A stretch of DNA of 64,000 bases. It comes from Minisyncoccota bacterium. GTDB taxonomy: Bacteria > Patescibacteriota > Microgenomatia > UBA1400 > PJMF01. Of this stretch, positions 47,292 to 56,811 are shown piece by piece. Under the pieces are notes generated by a model. That model had not been told where the DNA came from and made no database searches. It saw only the letters and a program-made list of their open reading frames with translations. The first letter of the stretch is position 1. Each line of letters opens with the position of its first letter. Location: NCBI GenBank assembly GCA_018646985.1, contig JABGTR010000004.1, positions 2,946-66,945 of the forward strand. The letters run 5' to 3'. The translations under genes were made by a program, and so were the position numbers.

Positions 47292-49120
47292 ATTAGAGAT
47301 CTAACTTTCTCCACAATAGCTGCGGCATCTATTTTTTCAAGAGCTAATAATTCTGCTGGCTGGCCACTCCGTGGCTGCTGATCGACATATAGTGAGTGAA
47401 CAGGTGTGTTTTGATTGACCAAAGCAGCTTTCACGGCTTCTCCAATACCACCAAATTGATAGTGATCTTCGGCAGTAACAAGAGCCTTTGTTTCTTGAGC
47501 TGATTTCATTAGAGTCTCAATATCTAAAGGCTTAATGCTATAGAGATCAATTACTCTAATATTAATCTTATTTTTGCGTAATTGACGATAGGCCTTCATC
47601 GCTTCATGTAATGTAATCCCAGCAGCTATTACCGTAGCCACATCTTTTTTTGACTGATAAATAACTTTACTACCACCTATTTTAAATTCTTCATCTAGTT
47701 TATAAATAATTGGCGTATCTATCCTGGTGGTTCTTAAATATGAGATACCTTTATGATTTGTCATCTGCTGGACTAGTTTTTCAGTAGAAACTGCATCGCT
47801 AGGATACAGCACTACACTGTCACGAATTGATCTGAACATTGATATATCTTCCAACCCCATCTGAGATGGACCATCCTGACCAATTGATACCCCTGCATGA
47901 GAGCCAATAAGTTTAATATTAGCTTTCGAGTATTGAGCCATTCTGATTTGATCAAAAGCACGAGTTAGAAAAGAAGCAAAGGTAGAGATAAAGGGAATTT
48001 TTCCCATTCTCGACAAACCAACTGCGACGCTGATCATATTCTGCTCAGCAATGAACATCTCAAAAAAACGATCTGGGAAAGCTGCAGCAAAAATATTAGC
48101 AAAAGTAGAGTTACCCATCTCTGCATCTAAAACCACTATTTTTTGATTCTTTGCACCTAGTTTAGTAATGGCATTTCCATAAGCTTTGCGAGTTGCTAAG
48201 TGCTTTTTGACTGGCTTAGCTAAAAATTTATCTAGCTTAATCTCATTGCTCTGACTCTTTTTAAGCCCTATCTCTTTAGGCAGTAAAATATTCTCTTTCA
48301 AGCTCACATTGACATCCCCTAGCTCAATCAAGGCTTTCTGAAGATGATCTTGGCTCAAAGCTTTACCATGCCAGTTGTCTTGATCTTCTAAAAAAGAGAG
48401 ACCTTTTCCTTTTATAGTTTTGGCGATGATCATCACCGGCACATCTTTAACTAGACTAGCTTTTTGATAAGCCTTGGCAACCTCAGTCAAGTTGTGTCCA
48501 TCAATTACAATCGTCTCCCAACCAAAGGCCCGAGCTTTATAAGCATAGTCACTCACATCATGACCCGTCATCGTCTCACCTCTTTGTCCCAAGCGATTCA
48601 CATCAATAATGCCAACTAAATTATTTAGCTTGTAGTAACTAGCTAGCTGCATTGCCTCCCAAACTTGACCCTCAGCCATCTCACTATCACCCAACAAAAC
48701 ATAAGTTTTATAAGTTGAGCTATCTAGATATTTAGCATTTATGGCCAAGCCCACCCCCACTGACAAACCCTGTCCTAAAGAACCAGTAGCTACTTCCGTA
48801 TAAGGAAAACGAATACTGGGATGACCTTCTAAGGGACTATCTATGTGGCGCAATGTTTTGAGATCTGCTTCAGTTAGTTTCCCAGCTACTGCATAAAGTG
48901 AATAAAAAAGAGGAGCAGCGTGACCCTTGGAAAAAATTACCCGATCATTGTCGGGGTGATCTGGATTCTTTAGATCATATTTAAGAAAACCACCAAAATA
49001 TAAGACTGTCATTAACTCTACTGCCGATAAAGATGAAGTTAAATGACCAGAGCCGGCAGCTGAGGTAGATACCAAACAATAGTAACGAAGTAACTTAGCA
49101 ATCTCAGGCAGATGATCCAT
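47288..49120 (-). CDS. tkt: transketolase
   Basis: 610 aa; TPP-binding N-terminal motif (GSGHLTSSLSAVEL...GHA) and GDSEMAEG; single-polypeptide form. Confidence 0.9.
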   Translation of the reverse strand: MDHLPEIAKLLRYYCLVSTSAAGSGHLTSSLSAVELMTVLYFGGFLKYDLKNPDHPDNDRVIFSKGHAAPLFYSLYAVAGKLTEADLKTLRHIDSPLEGHPSIRFPYTEVATGSLGQGLSVGVGLAINAKYLDSSTYKTYVLLGDSEMAEGQVWEAMQLASYYKLNNLVGIIDVNRLGQRGETMTGHDVSDYAYKARAFGWETIVIDGHNLTEVAKAYQKASLVKDVPVMIIAKTIKGKGLSFLEDQDNWHGKALSQDHLQKALIELGDVNVSLKENILLPKEIGLKKSQSNEIKLDKFLAKPVKKHLATRKAYGNAITKLGAKNQKIVVLDAEMGNSTFANIFAAAFPDRFFEMFIAEQNMISVAVGLSRMGKIPFISTFASFLTRAFDQIRMAQYSKANIKLIGSHAGVSIGQDGPSQMGLEDISMFRSIRDSVVLYPSDAVSTEKLVQQMTNHKGISYLRTTRIDTPIIYKLDEEFKIGGSKVIYQSKKDVATVIAAGITLHEAMKAYRQLRKNKINIRVIDLYSIKPLDIETLMKSAQETKALVTAEDHYQFGGIGEAVKAALVNQNTPVHSLYVDQQPRSGQPAELLALEKIDAAAIVEKVRSLI

Positions 49121-49133
49121 ATTATCAATTGTA

Positions 49134-50240
49134 CTAAACTAGTTGTTCCCAAGGAAACTCTGCTTTGCCGAAATGACCGTAGGCAGCAGTAGGTAGGTAA
49201 ATTGGTCGATGCAAATCAAAGGCTTTGATAATTCCCTTTACCGAGGTGTCTAAAATATCATCTACAAAAACCTCCAGCACTTTCTCATCAACTTTAGCAG
49301 TTCCAAAAGTATTTATAGTTTTCATCACTGGGTGAGACTGACCAATGCAGTAGGCTAATCCAATCTCAACCTGGTCAGCTAAGCCTTTGTTAATTAAATT
49401 TTTAGCAATATAACGAGCGCCGTAAGCTCCAGATCGATCAACTTTAGTTGCATCTTTACCAGAGAAGGCACCGCCTCCAACACGAGCATAACCTCCATAA
49501 CCATCGACGATGATCTTGCGTCCAGTCATACCTGTATCACTAGCTGGACCACCAATGTGCCACACTCCAGTGCCGTTAACTATCAACTGATTTAATTTGA
49601 GATCAAGTCTATACTCTGCTAAAACTGGCAATACTACCTGATCGTACAAATCTTTTTTTACCTGCTTTAATGGAATATCCTCGTCGTGGGGAACTGCTAA
49701 AACTACAGTTTCCACTCCAACTGGCTGACCATTTTCATACTTCACTGTGACTTGAGTTTTTCCATCTGGACGCAAGTAATCAAGAGTCTTATCTTCACGA
49801 GCTTGGTCTATTTTCTGGGCTAATTTATGAGCGAGAGTGATTGGCAAAGGCATTAATTCCGGAGTTTCTGTAGAAGCATAACCAAACATCATTCCCTGAT
49901 CACCAGCACCATCATTATCTACGCCAGTGGAAATCTCTGGAGATTGCTGATGAATATAGGTGGAAATAGGAGAGCGGTGAGTAAAATCAAACTTATCATC
50001 TATGTAACCCATCTTCTTTATTTGATCACGAGCAATTTGCTCATAATCTACCTGAGCTGAGGTGGTTACTTCGCCTGCTAGAACTACTCTGTCAGTGGTG
50101 ACTAAAGTCTCAACTGCAACTCGACTGAATTTGTCCTGCGTCAAGACTGCATCTAAGATTGCATCTGAAATTTGATCAGCAATTTTATCAGGATGACCTG
50201 CGCAAACTGACTCGGAAGTGAAATAGGTTATTAAAGACAT
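49134..50240 (-). CDS. metK: S-adenosylmethionine synthetase
   Basis: MetK signatures GHPDK and GGGAFSGKD. The ORF extends to a GTG at 50273, but that extension overlaps the riboswitch; the ATG at 50240, preceded by GGGGAG, is the likely start. Confidence 0.93.
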   Translation of the reverse strand: MSLITYFTSESVCAGHPDKIADQISDAILDAVLTQDKFSRVAVETLVTTDRVVLAGEVTTSAQVDYEQIARDQIKKMGYIDDKFDFTHRSPISTYIHQQSPEISTGVDNDGAGDQGMMFGYASTETPELMPLPITLAHKLAQKIDQAREDKTLDYLRPDGKTQVTVKYENGQPVGVETVVLAVPHDEDIPLKQVKKDLYDQVVLPVLAEYRLDLKLNQLIVNGTGVWHIGGPASDTGMTGRKIIVDGYGGYARVGGGAFSGKDATKVDRSGAYGARYIAKNLINKGLADQVEIGLAYCIGQSHPVMKTINTFGTAKVDEKVLEVFVDDILDTSVKGIIKAFDLHRPIYLPTAAYGHFGKAEFPWEQLV

Positions 50241-50246
50241 GAGCAT

Positions 50247-50341
50247 CTCCCCTTTCTGGGCCGGAATTAGCACCTATCAATTTAAAATTGGTGGTTGCTG
50301 AATGGGTTAACAAGCCGGATCTCTACCCATCACTCTTGATG
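50247..50341 (-). promoter_or_regulatory. SAM-I (S-box) riboswitch in the metK leader
   Basis: Minus strand reads CAUCAAGAGUGAUGGGUAGAGAUCCGGCUUGUUAACCCAUUCAGCAACC...GGUGCUAAUUCCGGCCCAGAAAGGGGAGAUG. This matches the SAM-I consensus blocks (UCAAGAG-GG-GGAGGGA-GGCCCGAUGAAACCC-GGCAACC ... GGUGCCAAUUCC...AGA). The 3' P1 strand overlaps the metK Shine-Dalgarno sequence. Confidence 0.8.
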
Positions 50342-50349
50342 TTATTTAG

Positions 50350-50379
50350 ATTATAGAACATTTTGGGGTAGAAAGACAA
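50350..50379 (-). promoter_or_regulatory. candidate promoter for the metK riboswitch transcript (-35 TTGTCT, 18-nt spacer, -10 TATAAT)
   Basis: Minus strand TTGTCT-N18-TATAAT immediately upstream of the riboswitch P1; overlaps the 3' end of the upstream gene. Confidence 0.4.
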
Positions 50380-50387
50380 GAAAAAGA

Positions 50388-51593
50388 CTAAGCTTGGCCC
50401 ATGCCACGGAGCTTTAGAATGAACTTGTCTAAAGTAAATGGTGAAGAAATAGCAATTAGCTCAAAGGTAAAAATCGATAACTCAAAGGCAGAGGGGATTA
50501 AGTTGGTGATAAAAAATGCTCCCAATCCAATTAGAGTGGCATTAAATAAGTTAGATTTAAACATTTCTGCTTGAGTCATCTCAATCACCTCCTCAGAAAT
50601 ACCTTTTTCTTGGGCTAACTTGCCTTGCCTCAAGATATCTTGCAGACCAAACCAGATCACCATTATGAATGTAGCAATCGCCGTCACCGTATTTAGAGTT
50701 CGATTAGGAATACTGACATCCCCAGAAAAAATCCTAAACTCCCAAGCTAGGGGGAAGTTTCTCACCACAATATAAGCTACCACAAATAAAATTATGGTTG
50801 AGCTCCCTAAAAATCCCATTGTCTGCTTAGCTTTTTGTTGAGATTCAAGTTGTGGTTTGGTCTCTGCGACTACTTTCTGCTCAGGCTCCTCGCCCTCTGA
50901 ATCCTCTGCCGATGAAGTTTTTTTTGTATTCAACATAAATCTATGTTTCATTCTTTTAGCTAGATAGATAAAAACATGTGAAAGTAAAATTAAAATCCAG
51001 GCCCAGAAAACAATCCATAGTCCAAAATCCTTAGATCTGGTTACTATCGGATAAGGAATCTTGAACCATAAACCCTGGAGGGGATAAACTGGATAAGGAA
51101 TAAATTTTAATAAAATACTGGGATCAATTTTGTTGGCATAAAAATCTGTCAAAAATAATCGCCCAATCGAGATAAATAGAGTTATCTGGATCATAAAATC
51201 AACTACATAGAACAAGAAGGTCATATTGCCTTGTCTAAAATTCTTCTTAACTCTAGCTATTTGCTGATCTTCTAGTTTCAATTCATCGATTTTATCCTGA
51301 AATTTCTGCGTATTATGTGACTGCATGACTCTAATGGCACGAAATGGGACCATCAATAAAGTTTGAGTAACTCCCAACAAAACTACTGACACCCAAATTT
51401 GCTTCGTCAAAGCATAGAAACCAAATAAAATATTAGCGTAAAAATTAAAAGTCCATCCTTTGAAAAAAGCATAAACTAAAAAAACAACAATCACTGCAAC
51501 CAAGCCACTCATAACTGGTAACAACACACCAGAAGAACTAATCTTAGTATCCTTAACTAATGATGGTGAAACTTGATTGTCAGCCATAACCAT
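50388..51593 (-). CDS. membrane protein, putative YidC/Oxa1-family insertase with C-terminal extension
   Basis: 401 aa; first TM followed by a basic/coiled region (RVMQSHNTQKFQDKIDELKLEDQQIARVKKNFRQGNM) resembling YidC (SKAMQALQPEMQKLKEKY...); multiple further TM helices. Confidence 0.4.
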   Translation of the reverse strand: MVMADNQVSPSLVKDTKISSSGVLLPVMSGLVAVIVVFLVYAFFKGWTFNFYANILFGFYALTKQIWVSVVLLGVTQTLLMVPFRAIRVMQSHNTQKFQDKIDELKLEDQQIARVKKNFRQGNMTFLFYVVDFMIQITLFISIGRLFLTDFYANKIDPSILLKFIPYPVYPLQGLWFKIPYPIVTRSKDFGLWIVFWAWILILLSHVFIYLAKRMKHRFMLNTKKTSSAEDSEGEEPEQKVVAETKPQLESQQKAKQTMGFLGSSTIILFVVAYIVVRNFPLAWEFRIFSGDVSIPNRTLNTVTAIATFIMVIWFGLQDILRQGKLAQEKGISEEVIEMTQAEMFKSNLFNATLIGLGAFFITNLIPSAFELSIFTFELIAISSPFTLDKFILKLRGMGQA

Positions 51594-51654
51594 TGATTAT
51601 ACATGCCAAGCAACTTAATTTTAAGATCGTTAAATTCAGGTTATAATTAACTTC

Positions 51655-52731
51655 ATGAAATCAGATCTTACTAATCAAACTAATTTTTGGTCAAAACTTG
51701 AAAAACCTTTTATTGGGCTGGCTCCTATGGATGGAGTTGGAGATCATCCTTATCGATATATTCAAAAAAAATATGGACAGCCAGACATCATCTACACCGA
51801 ATTTGCGACTGTAGAGGGTTTTTGCAGAGGAGTAACGGTGCCGCTACGAGATTTTATCTTTGATAAAACCCAGCGACCCATCATTGCTCAAATATATGGT
51901 AAAACTCCTCAATTTTTTAGAGAAACTGCGACTGTAGTTTGTCAGCTCGGATTTGATGGAATAGATATCAATATGGGCTGTCCGGCTAAAAGTGTGGCTA
52001 ATGGTGGTGCTGGAGCAGGTTTAATAAATACTCCAAAATTAGCTCAAGAGATTATTGAAGCCACTCAAGCTGGTGTCCAAGATTGGGTAAATGGCAAAAC
52101 AGCCACAGATTGTGAGCATATTACTCCTGAAATAGCTAAAGAAGTAGAAAAAAGAAGCCTAAATCTGTCTGAAGAATATCAGCAACATCAGAGTATCCCG
52201 GTCAGTGTGAAAACTAGGATTGGTTTTGATAGCCCAATTATTGATCAATGGCTACCAATACTGCTGGAAACTAAACCTGCAGCGATAGCCATCCATGGGC
52301 GAACTCTGCGCCAAGGCTATAGTGGTAAAGCCGACTGGAATGAAATCGGCAAAGCAGTTCGAATAGCTAAAGATAGCTCGACTTTAATTATTGGCAATGG
52401 CGATGTTTCATCTAAAGCGGAGGCTCTAGAAAAAGTAAATCAATCTGGAGTAGATGGGGTGCTAATCGGCAGAGCTAGTTTTGGTAATCCCTGGGCATTT
52501 AATGATGAAGATGCAAGCATCAACCAAAAAGCTGCAGTTGCTCTAGAACATGCTCAGCTATATGAAAAAACATTTAATGAAGATGAAAAGTATTCTTTTT
52601 TACCAATGAGAAAACATCTAAGTTGGTACATCAAGAGTTTCGAGAAAGCTAAAGAAGTCAGAAAACAATTAGTGCTAACCAATAATAGCCAAGAAGTTAA
52701 AGAGATATTTGATAAATACGAATTACTTTGA
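51655..52731 (+). CDS. tRNA-dihydrouridine synthase
   Basis: 358 aa; [15 protein letters not shown] start and TIM-barrel FMN-binding pattern of the Dus family. Confidence 0.85.
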   Translation: MKSDLTNQTNFWSKLEKPFIGLAPMDGVGDHPYRYIQKKYGQPDIIYTEFATVEGFCRGVTVPLRDFIFDKTQRPIIAQIYGKTPQFFRETATVVCQLGFDGIDINMGCPAKSVANGGAGAGLINTPKLAQEIIEATQAGVQDWVNGKTATDCEHITPEIAKEVEKRSLNLSEEYQQHQSIPVSVKTRIGFDSPIIDQWLPILLETKPAAIAIHGRTLRQGYSGKADWNEIGKAVRIAKDSSTLIIGNGDVSSKAEALEKVNQSGVDGVLIGRASFGNPWAFNDEDASINQKAAVALEHAQLYEKTFNEDEKYSFLPMRKHLSWYIKSFEKAKEVRKQLVLTNNSQEVKEIFDKYELL

Positions 52732-53349
52732 GTTCTTTTTTTGTAGCCACTTAACTCCCAATGAAGTAATGGGTGTCCCAAAAGCAGCAAAAGCAAATTT
52801 TAACAACCAATATGGCCAAACTAGAGATAAGATGAACCAAAAATTGCCAGGCTGATAAAAAGCTAAAAACATAAAAACGGTTGTATCTAGCAGCAGGCCA
52901 AATAGGTTTGAGAGATTGTTTCTTACCCAAAACTTATGATGTTTGAATTTTTCTTTTAGTTTTGAAAAAACATAGACATCTAGTCTTTCTGCTGTCCAAA
53001 AGGCGAACAAACTAGCTACAGTAATTCGAAGGGATTTAGAAAAAATTAAATTATAAGCATCGTTGGTAGTTAGAAATCTATCTGCAGGAGGCAATACTAA
53101 GGCAAGAATGTTAAATGCTACTAAGAAGAATAAGATATGGAGACCACTGCGCACAAAACTAAGGGCTCTTTTTTTGCCATAAACTTCGAAGATGATGTCG
53201 TTGATGCTAAATGTCAGGGGTAAAACAAAAATAGCTACCGAGGCATTGACTCCCCCCACAGCAAATATTTTGCTGCCCATCAGCTCTGCAGCCACAATCG
53301 CTGCAATATATAGCGCATGTAAAAAATCCATCTTTTGAACCTCAGTCAT
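52723..53349 (-). CDS. queuosine-precursor transporter YhhQ (DUF165/VUT family)
   Basis: 208 aa; 6 TM helices; conserved PLTFSINDIIFEVYGKK block. Confidence 0.7.
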   Translation of the reverse strand: MTEVQKMDFLHALYIAAIVAAELMGSKIFAVGGVNASVAIFVLPLTFSINDIIFEVYGKKRALSFVRSGLHILFFLVAFNILALVLPPADRFLTTNDAYNLIFSKSLRITVASLFAFWTAERLDVYVFSKLKEKFKHHKFWVRNNLSNLFGLLLDTTVFMFLAFYQPGNFWFILSLVWPYWLLKFAFAAFGTPITSLGVKWLQKKNSK

Positions 53350-53474
53350 ATTTGAAAAATTGTAACACAGTGACTTAATCTATAAATTATGCATCAAAAT
53401 AGGCATTGCTATTCTTATATTATTTAGTTAATATTTAGTCTAGTTAGAATCATCTGCCACACAAAGTTTGCTTT

Positions 53475-54713
53475 ATGGCATTAGCAACTGAAAAAAAATC
53501 GACGAATCCTCTATTAATTCCCAACACTTTTAGACTTTATAGACCCATCCTATCTCATTCTCTAAAAGAACACTTCTCTTCATTTAGTCTTTCTCTAAGA
53601 GACTTTTCCAGCTTAATGCCACTACTAATCTCTGATTATGCTCCGAATGTAGCAATACCATGGTTGCTAAATGGTGATAATTGGGAAGATGCGATAGTAG
53701 ATATGTTCAAGATCCATGCTTTAACTCAGAACAGTGACCCAGCTGGGCCTAATGTGATGAACGTAACAGCCTTATCTGTATTTATGGATTGGAGACAGGA
53801 TTCAAGAACTCGAAAACCTATTCATGGTAGGGAAGGCGAGGTGGCTATTGTTCAAGGGCAAGCTAGTTTTTCAAAAGCTATGGCTACTTTAATGAAACAT
53901 ACGGCTGGAATAAATAATTTTGTTAATTTAGACGCCCATAGTCATACGGCATTAGATCAATTCAGAGCTGAAGGAATTGATACTATGAATCTAACGGCAG
54001 CTTTTCTCATGGCTGATGAGATAAAAAAACTAAATTTAATTAGAAGTGATCTGGATACAATGATATGTGGAATAGATGCCGGTAATTTACCTTTAGTGAA
54101 AGCACTTAGTCAATACCTCGATCTACCGATTGCTATTATCCGTAAGTGGAGAGAATCAATCATGGGAGGTGTTCAAAGTAAAACTCACCATGAATTAATT
54201 TTTGGGAATGTTAGAGGAAAAAGAATAATTTTAGTTGATGACATGATTAGTAGTGGTGGCACAATTAAAAAAACTGTAGATGAACTACTTAAAAATGGAG
54301 CTAAAGAGATTATTATCTGTGCAACTCATGCTGTATTATCTGGTAACGACTATTACAAGAATATTCAAGAAGTCTTAGAGCTTGAAGAAGTAAGGTTGGT
54401 AATGACTACCAATACCATACCATTAGAAAGACCGAATGGAAGAGAAAAAGATAGGCCTTTCATTCTTAAAGAAGATGGTGAGAAGAAAAAATTAGAAATA
54501 CTAGATATAGATAATTTTATTATTTGGACATTAGGAATACTACTGAATAGTAAAAATTTTGATGAAGCTAAGCAAAAGCTAAAACCACATACGCTGCAAT
54601 TAGAAGATCCAGCTATAATATATGAAGAAATCACTGGACAAAAAATGCCTAAACCAAAAGAAACAGCGATTTACAGAAAAGGTGGTGAATTACATCCTCT
54701 GCCACAAAAATGA
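53475..54713 (+). CDS. prs: ribose-phosphate pyrophosphokinase (PRPP synthetase), divergent N-terminus and C-terminal extension
   Basis: 412 aa; RQDSR (RQDRK-like) motif; PRPP-binding loop GKRIILVDDMISSGGTI; LPIAIIRKWR matches Prs APIAIIDKRR. Confidence 0.6.
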   Translation: MALATEKKSTNPLLIPNTFRLYRPILSHSLKEHFSSFSLSLRDFSSLMPLLISDYAPNVAIPWLLNGDNWEDAIVDMFKIHALTQNSDPAGPNVMNVTALSVFMDWRQDSRTRKPIHGREGEVAIVQGQASFSKAMATLMKHTAGINNFVNLDAHSHTALDQFRAEGIDTMNLTAAFLMADEIKKLNLIRSDLDTMICGIDAGNLPLVKALSQYLDLPIAIIRKWRESIMGGVQSKTHHELIFGNVRGKRIILVDDMISSGGTIKKTVDELLKNGAKEIIICATHAVLSGNDYYKNIQEVLELEEVRLVMTTNTIPLERPNGREKDRPFILKEDGEKKKLEILDIDNFIIWTLGILLNSKNFDEAKQKLKPHTLQLEDPAIIYEEITGQKMPKPKETAIYRKGGELHPLPQK

Positions 54714-55789
54714 AAAAAATATTCACCGACAAAAAGGTTTCTCTAATCGTGGCTGGTGTATTAGTCATCACCATCGCTGCCACGGTGACTTTTTTTGTTT
54801 CTCAGCAAAAAGAAACAGCTGCTGATCCTGAAAACTTCCCTGAGGTTCTCTCAGCTCAAACAGAGGTTGATATCTCCGAAGTACCTGCTGAAGAACTTAA
54901 AACATTAACCGTACTCCTCCTAGGTTACGGCGGTGCTGGTCACCAAGGTGGATTCCTAACAGACGTCATTCAGCTAGCTCACATCGATTTCGAAAAATCT
55001 CAGATTAATCTCATTTCTGTACCCCGCGATCTGTGGGTCAAACTTCCCAACAACAAACAAGCCAAAATCAACACTGCTTTTACCTTAGGAGCAGATCCAA
55101 ATAAACCCATCACTAGTGGTGGACAAGTCGCTAAACAAATGGCTACTGCCGTGACTGGACTCCAAATTGATTACTTCATGGCGGTTGATTTCGTCGGCTT
55201 CAAGCGCCTCATAGGTCAAGAACTAGATGGAATTGAAGTTAATGTCCCTGAAACACTCGATGATTCTTGGTACCCAATCAAGGGCGAAGAACTAAACCCA
55301 TGTGGCATGACTCCTGAGGAAGTTGCTGAAGTAACCGCCAGCTACTCCGGATTTAATCTTGAAAAACAGTTTGAGTGCCGCTATGAGCACCTATACTTCC
55401 CACAGGGATTAGTAAAAATGGAAGGTGGCGACGCCCTCGGATATGTGCGCTCTCGTCATGGATCCGCTGGTGGAGATTTTTCTCGCAGCCAACGTCAACA
55501 TGCGTTACTCAAAGCCATTGGGAATAAACTTTGGTCAATTGAAGCGCTTGAAAATGCACCAGATTTTTTCAAAAAAACAATCAAGCACTTTACGACTGAT
55601 ATCAATTTGGAAATTGTTAAATATTTAGTGCCAGCCTTAAAAACTACCAAAAACTTTGAAGTCAAAAGCGTCGTCCTCAGCACAAAAAATGTCTTTATCA
55701 CCTCCAAATCTTCAGCGGGTGCTTTTATTGTCATCCCAAAAACTAGCTGGCAAAGTGTTCACACCTACATCCAACAACAACTCAACTAA
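54710..55789 (+). CDS. LytR-CpsA-Psr (LCP) family cell-envelope phosphotransferase
   Basis: 359 aa; N-terminal TM helix; LCP domain blocks (LLLGYGGAG...TDVIQLAHID...ISVPRDLWV). Confidence 0.8.
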   Translation: MKKIFTDKKVSLIVAGVLVITIAATVTFFVSQQKETAADPENFPEVLSAQTEVDISEVPAEELKTLTVLLLGYGGAGHQGGFLTDVIQLAHIDFEKSQINLISVPRDLWVKLPNNKQAKINTAFTLGADPNKPITSGGQVAKQMATAVTGLQIDYFMAVDFVGFKRLIGQELDGIEVNVPETLDDSWYPIKGEELNPCGMTPEEVAEVTASYSGFNLEKQFECRYEHLYFPQGLVKMEGGDALGYVRSRHGSAGGDFSRSQRQHALLKAIGNKLWSIEALENAPDFFKKTIKHFTTDINLEIVKYLVPALKTTKNFEVKSVVLSTKNVFITSKSSAGAFIVIPKTSWQSVHTYIQQQLN

Positions 55790-55790
55790 G

Positions 55791-56801
55791 CTATTTCTTT
55801 AGTAGTTTCTCTACTAACTTCACATCGGGTTTATTACCAATAAATAGAGGAGCTCGCTGATGCAACTCAGTGGGTACTATCTCCAACACGTCTTGTTGGC
55901 CATCACTAGCATAACCACCGGCTGCCTTAATTAAAAATGCAAAGGGGATCCCTTCATAAAGCAAGCGCAGCTTCCCATTTGGATGCTTTTTGTCTGCTGG
56001 ATAAAGAAAGATTCCACCCTTCAATAAATTGCGATGAAAATCAGCCACTAACGACCCAATGTAACGAGCTGTCTTGGGCTTGCCAGAGATATCCTGATCT
56101 GTCTTCATTTGGCTAACATGATCGGCTAAAGCTTGATCCCATTTAGGTTGATAGCTTTCATTAACACTATAAATATTACTTGCCTCAGGTAAAGTCATAT
56201 CCTCATGTGAGAGCAAAAACTCACCAATGTTTGGATCAAGAGTAAAGCCATGCATTCCTTGCCCTGTAGAATAGACTAGCATGGTGCTAGAACCATAAAG
56301 TACATATCCAGCACAAACCGCATTCTTTCCTGGCTGTAAATAATCACTCTTTTCTAAATTCTGTCCAAAACTTTGCTTACGATAGATGAGAAAAATAGTT
56401 CCCACACTCACATTGACATCAATATTAGATGAACCATCTAGTGGATCCATGTGCATAATGTATTCAGCTTGATCATGATAGTCTTCATTGAAGACAATCA
56501 AGTCAGGCTCTTCTTCAGAGCCAACTGCTTTTATATACGGAGACTGCTTAAGCAATCTCACAAAAATATCATGAGCATACTCATCTAGTTTCTGGACTTC
56601 TTCATCTTGAACATTAGTTTTCCCAGCAGCTCCCAAAATATCAGTTAAGCCAGCTCGGTTAGTTTTGTGTGAAACTATCTTGGCTGAAATCATGATCTGG
56701 TTGAGAATTTCTGCTAGTTCACGGCTGCGTTGGTTAAAGACATGAGCTTTTAGCAAATGATCGGTTAAATTAGTAATCGGTGGCATAACGCTTCCTTTCA
56801 A
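55791..56801 (-). CDS. fbp: fructose-1,6-bisphosphatase class 1
   Basis: 336 aa; conserved MDPLDGSSNIDVNVSVGTIF metal-binding block. Confidence 0.88.
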   Translation of the reverse strand: MKGSVMPPITNLTDHLLKAHVFNQRSRELAEILNQIMISAKIVSHKTNRAGLTDILGAAGKTNVQDEEVQKLDEYAHDIFVRLLKQSPYIKAVGSEEEPDLIVFNEDYHDQAEYIMHMDPLDGSSNIDVNVSVGTIFLIYRKQSFGQNLEKSDYLQPGKNAVCAGYVLYGSSTMLVYSTGQGMHGFTLDPNIGEFLLSHEDMTLPEASNIYSVNESYQPKWDQALADHVSQMKTDQDISGKPKTARYIGSLVADFHRNLLKGGIFLYPADKKHPNGKLRLLYEGIPFAFLIKAAGGYASDGQQDVLEIVPTELHQRAPLFIGNKPDVKLVEKLLKK

Positions 56802-56811
56802 CTAATATTTA

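Noticed and set aside
53350-53474. Possible preQ1 riboswitch upstream of yhhQ (minus strand)
   Set aside because: YhhQ genes are often preQ1-regulated, but the leader lacks the short hairpin followed by an A-rich tail (…CCCUCUAUAAAAAACUA…) of preQ1-I/II. Only AT-rich promoter-like sequence is present.
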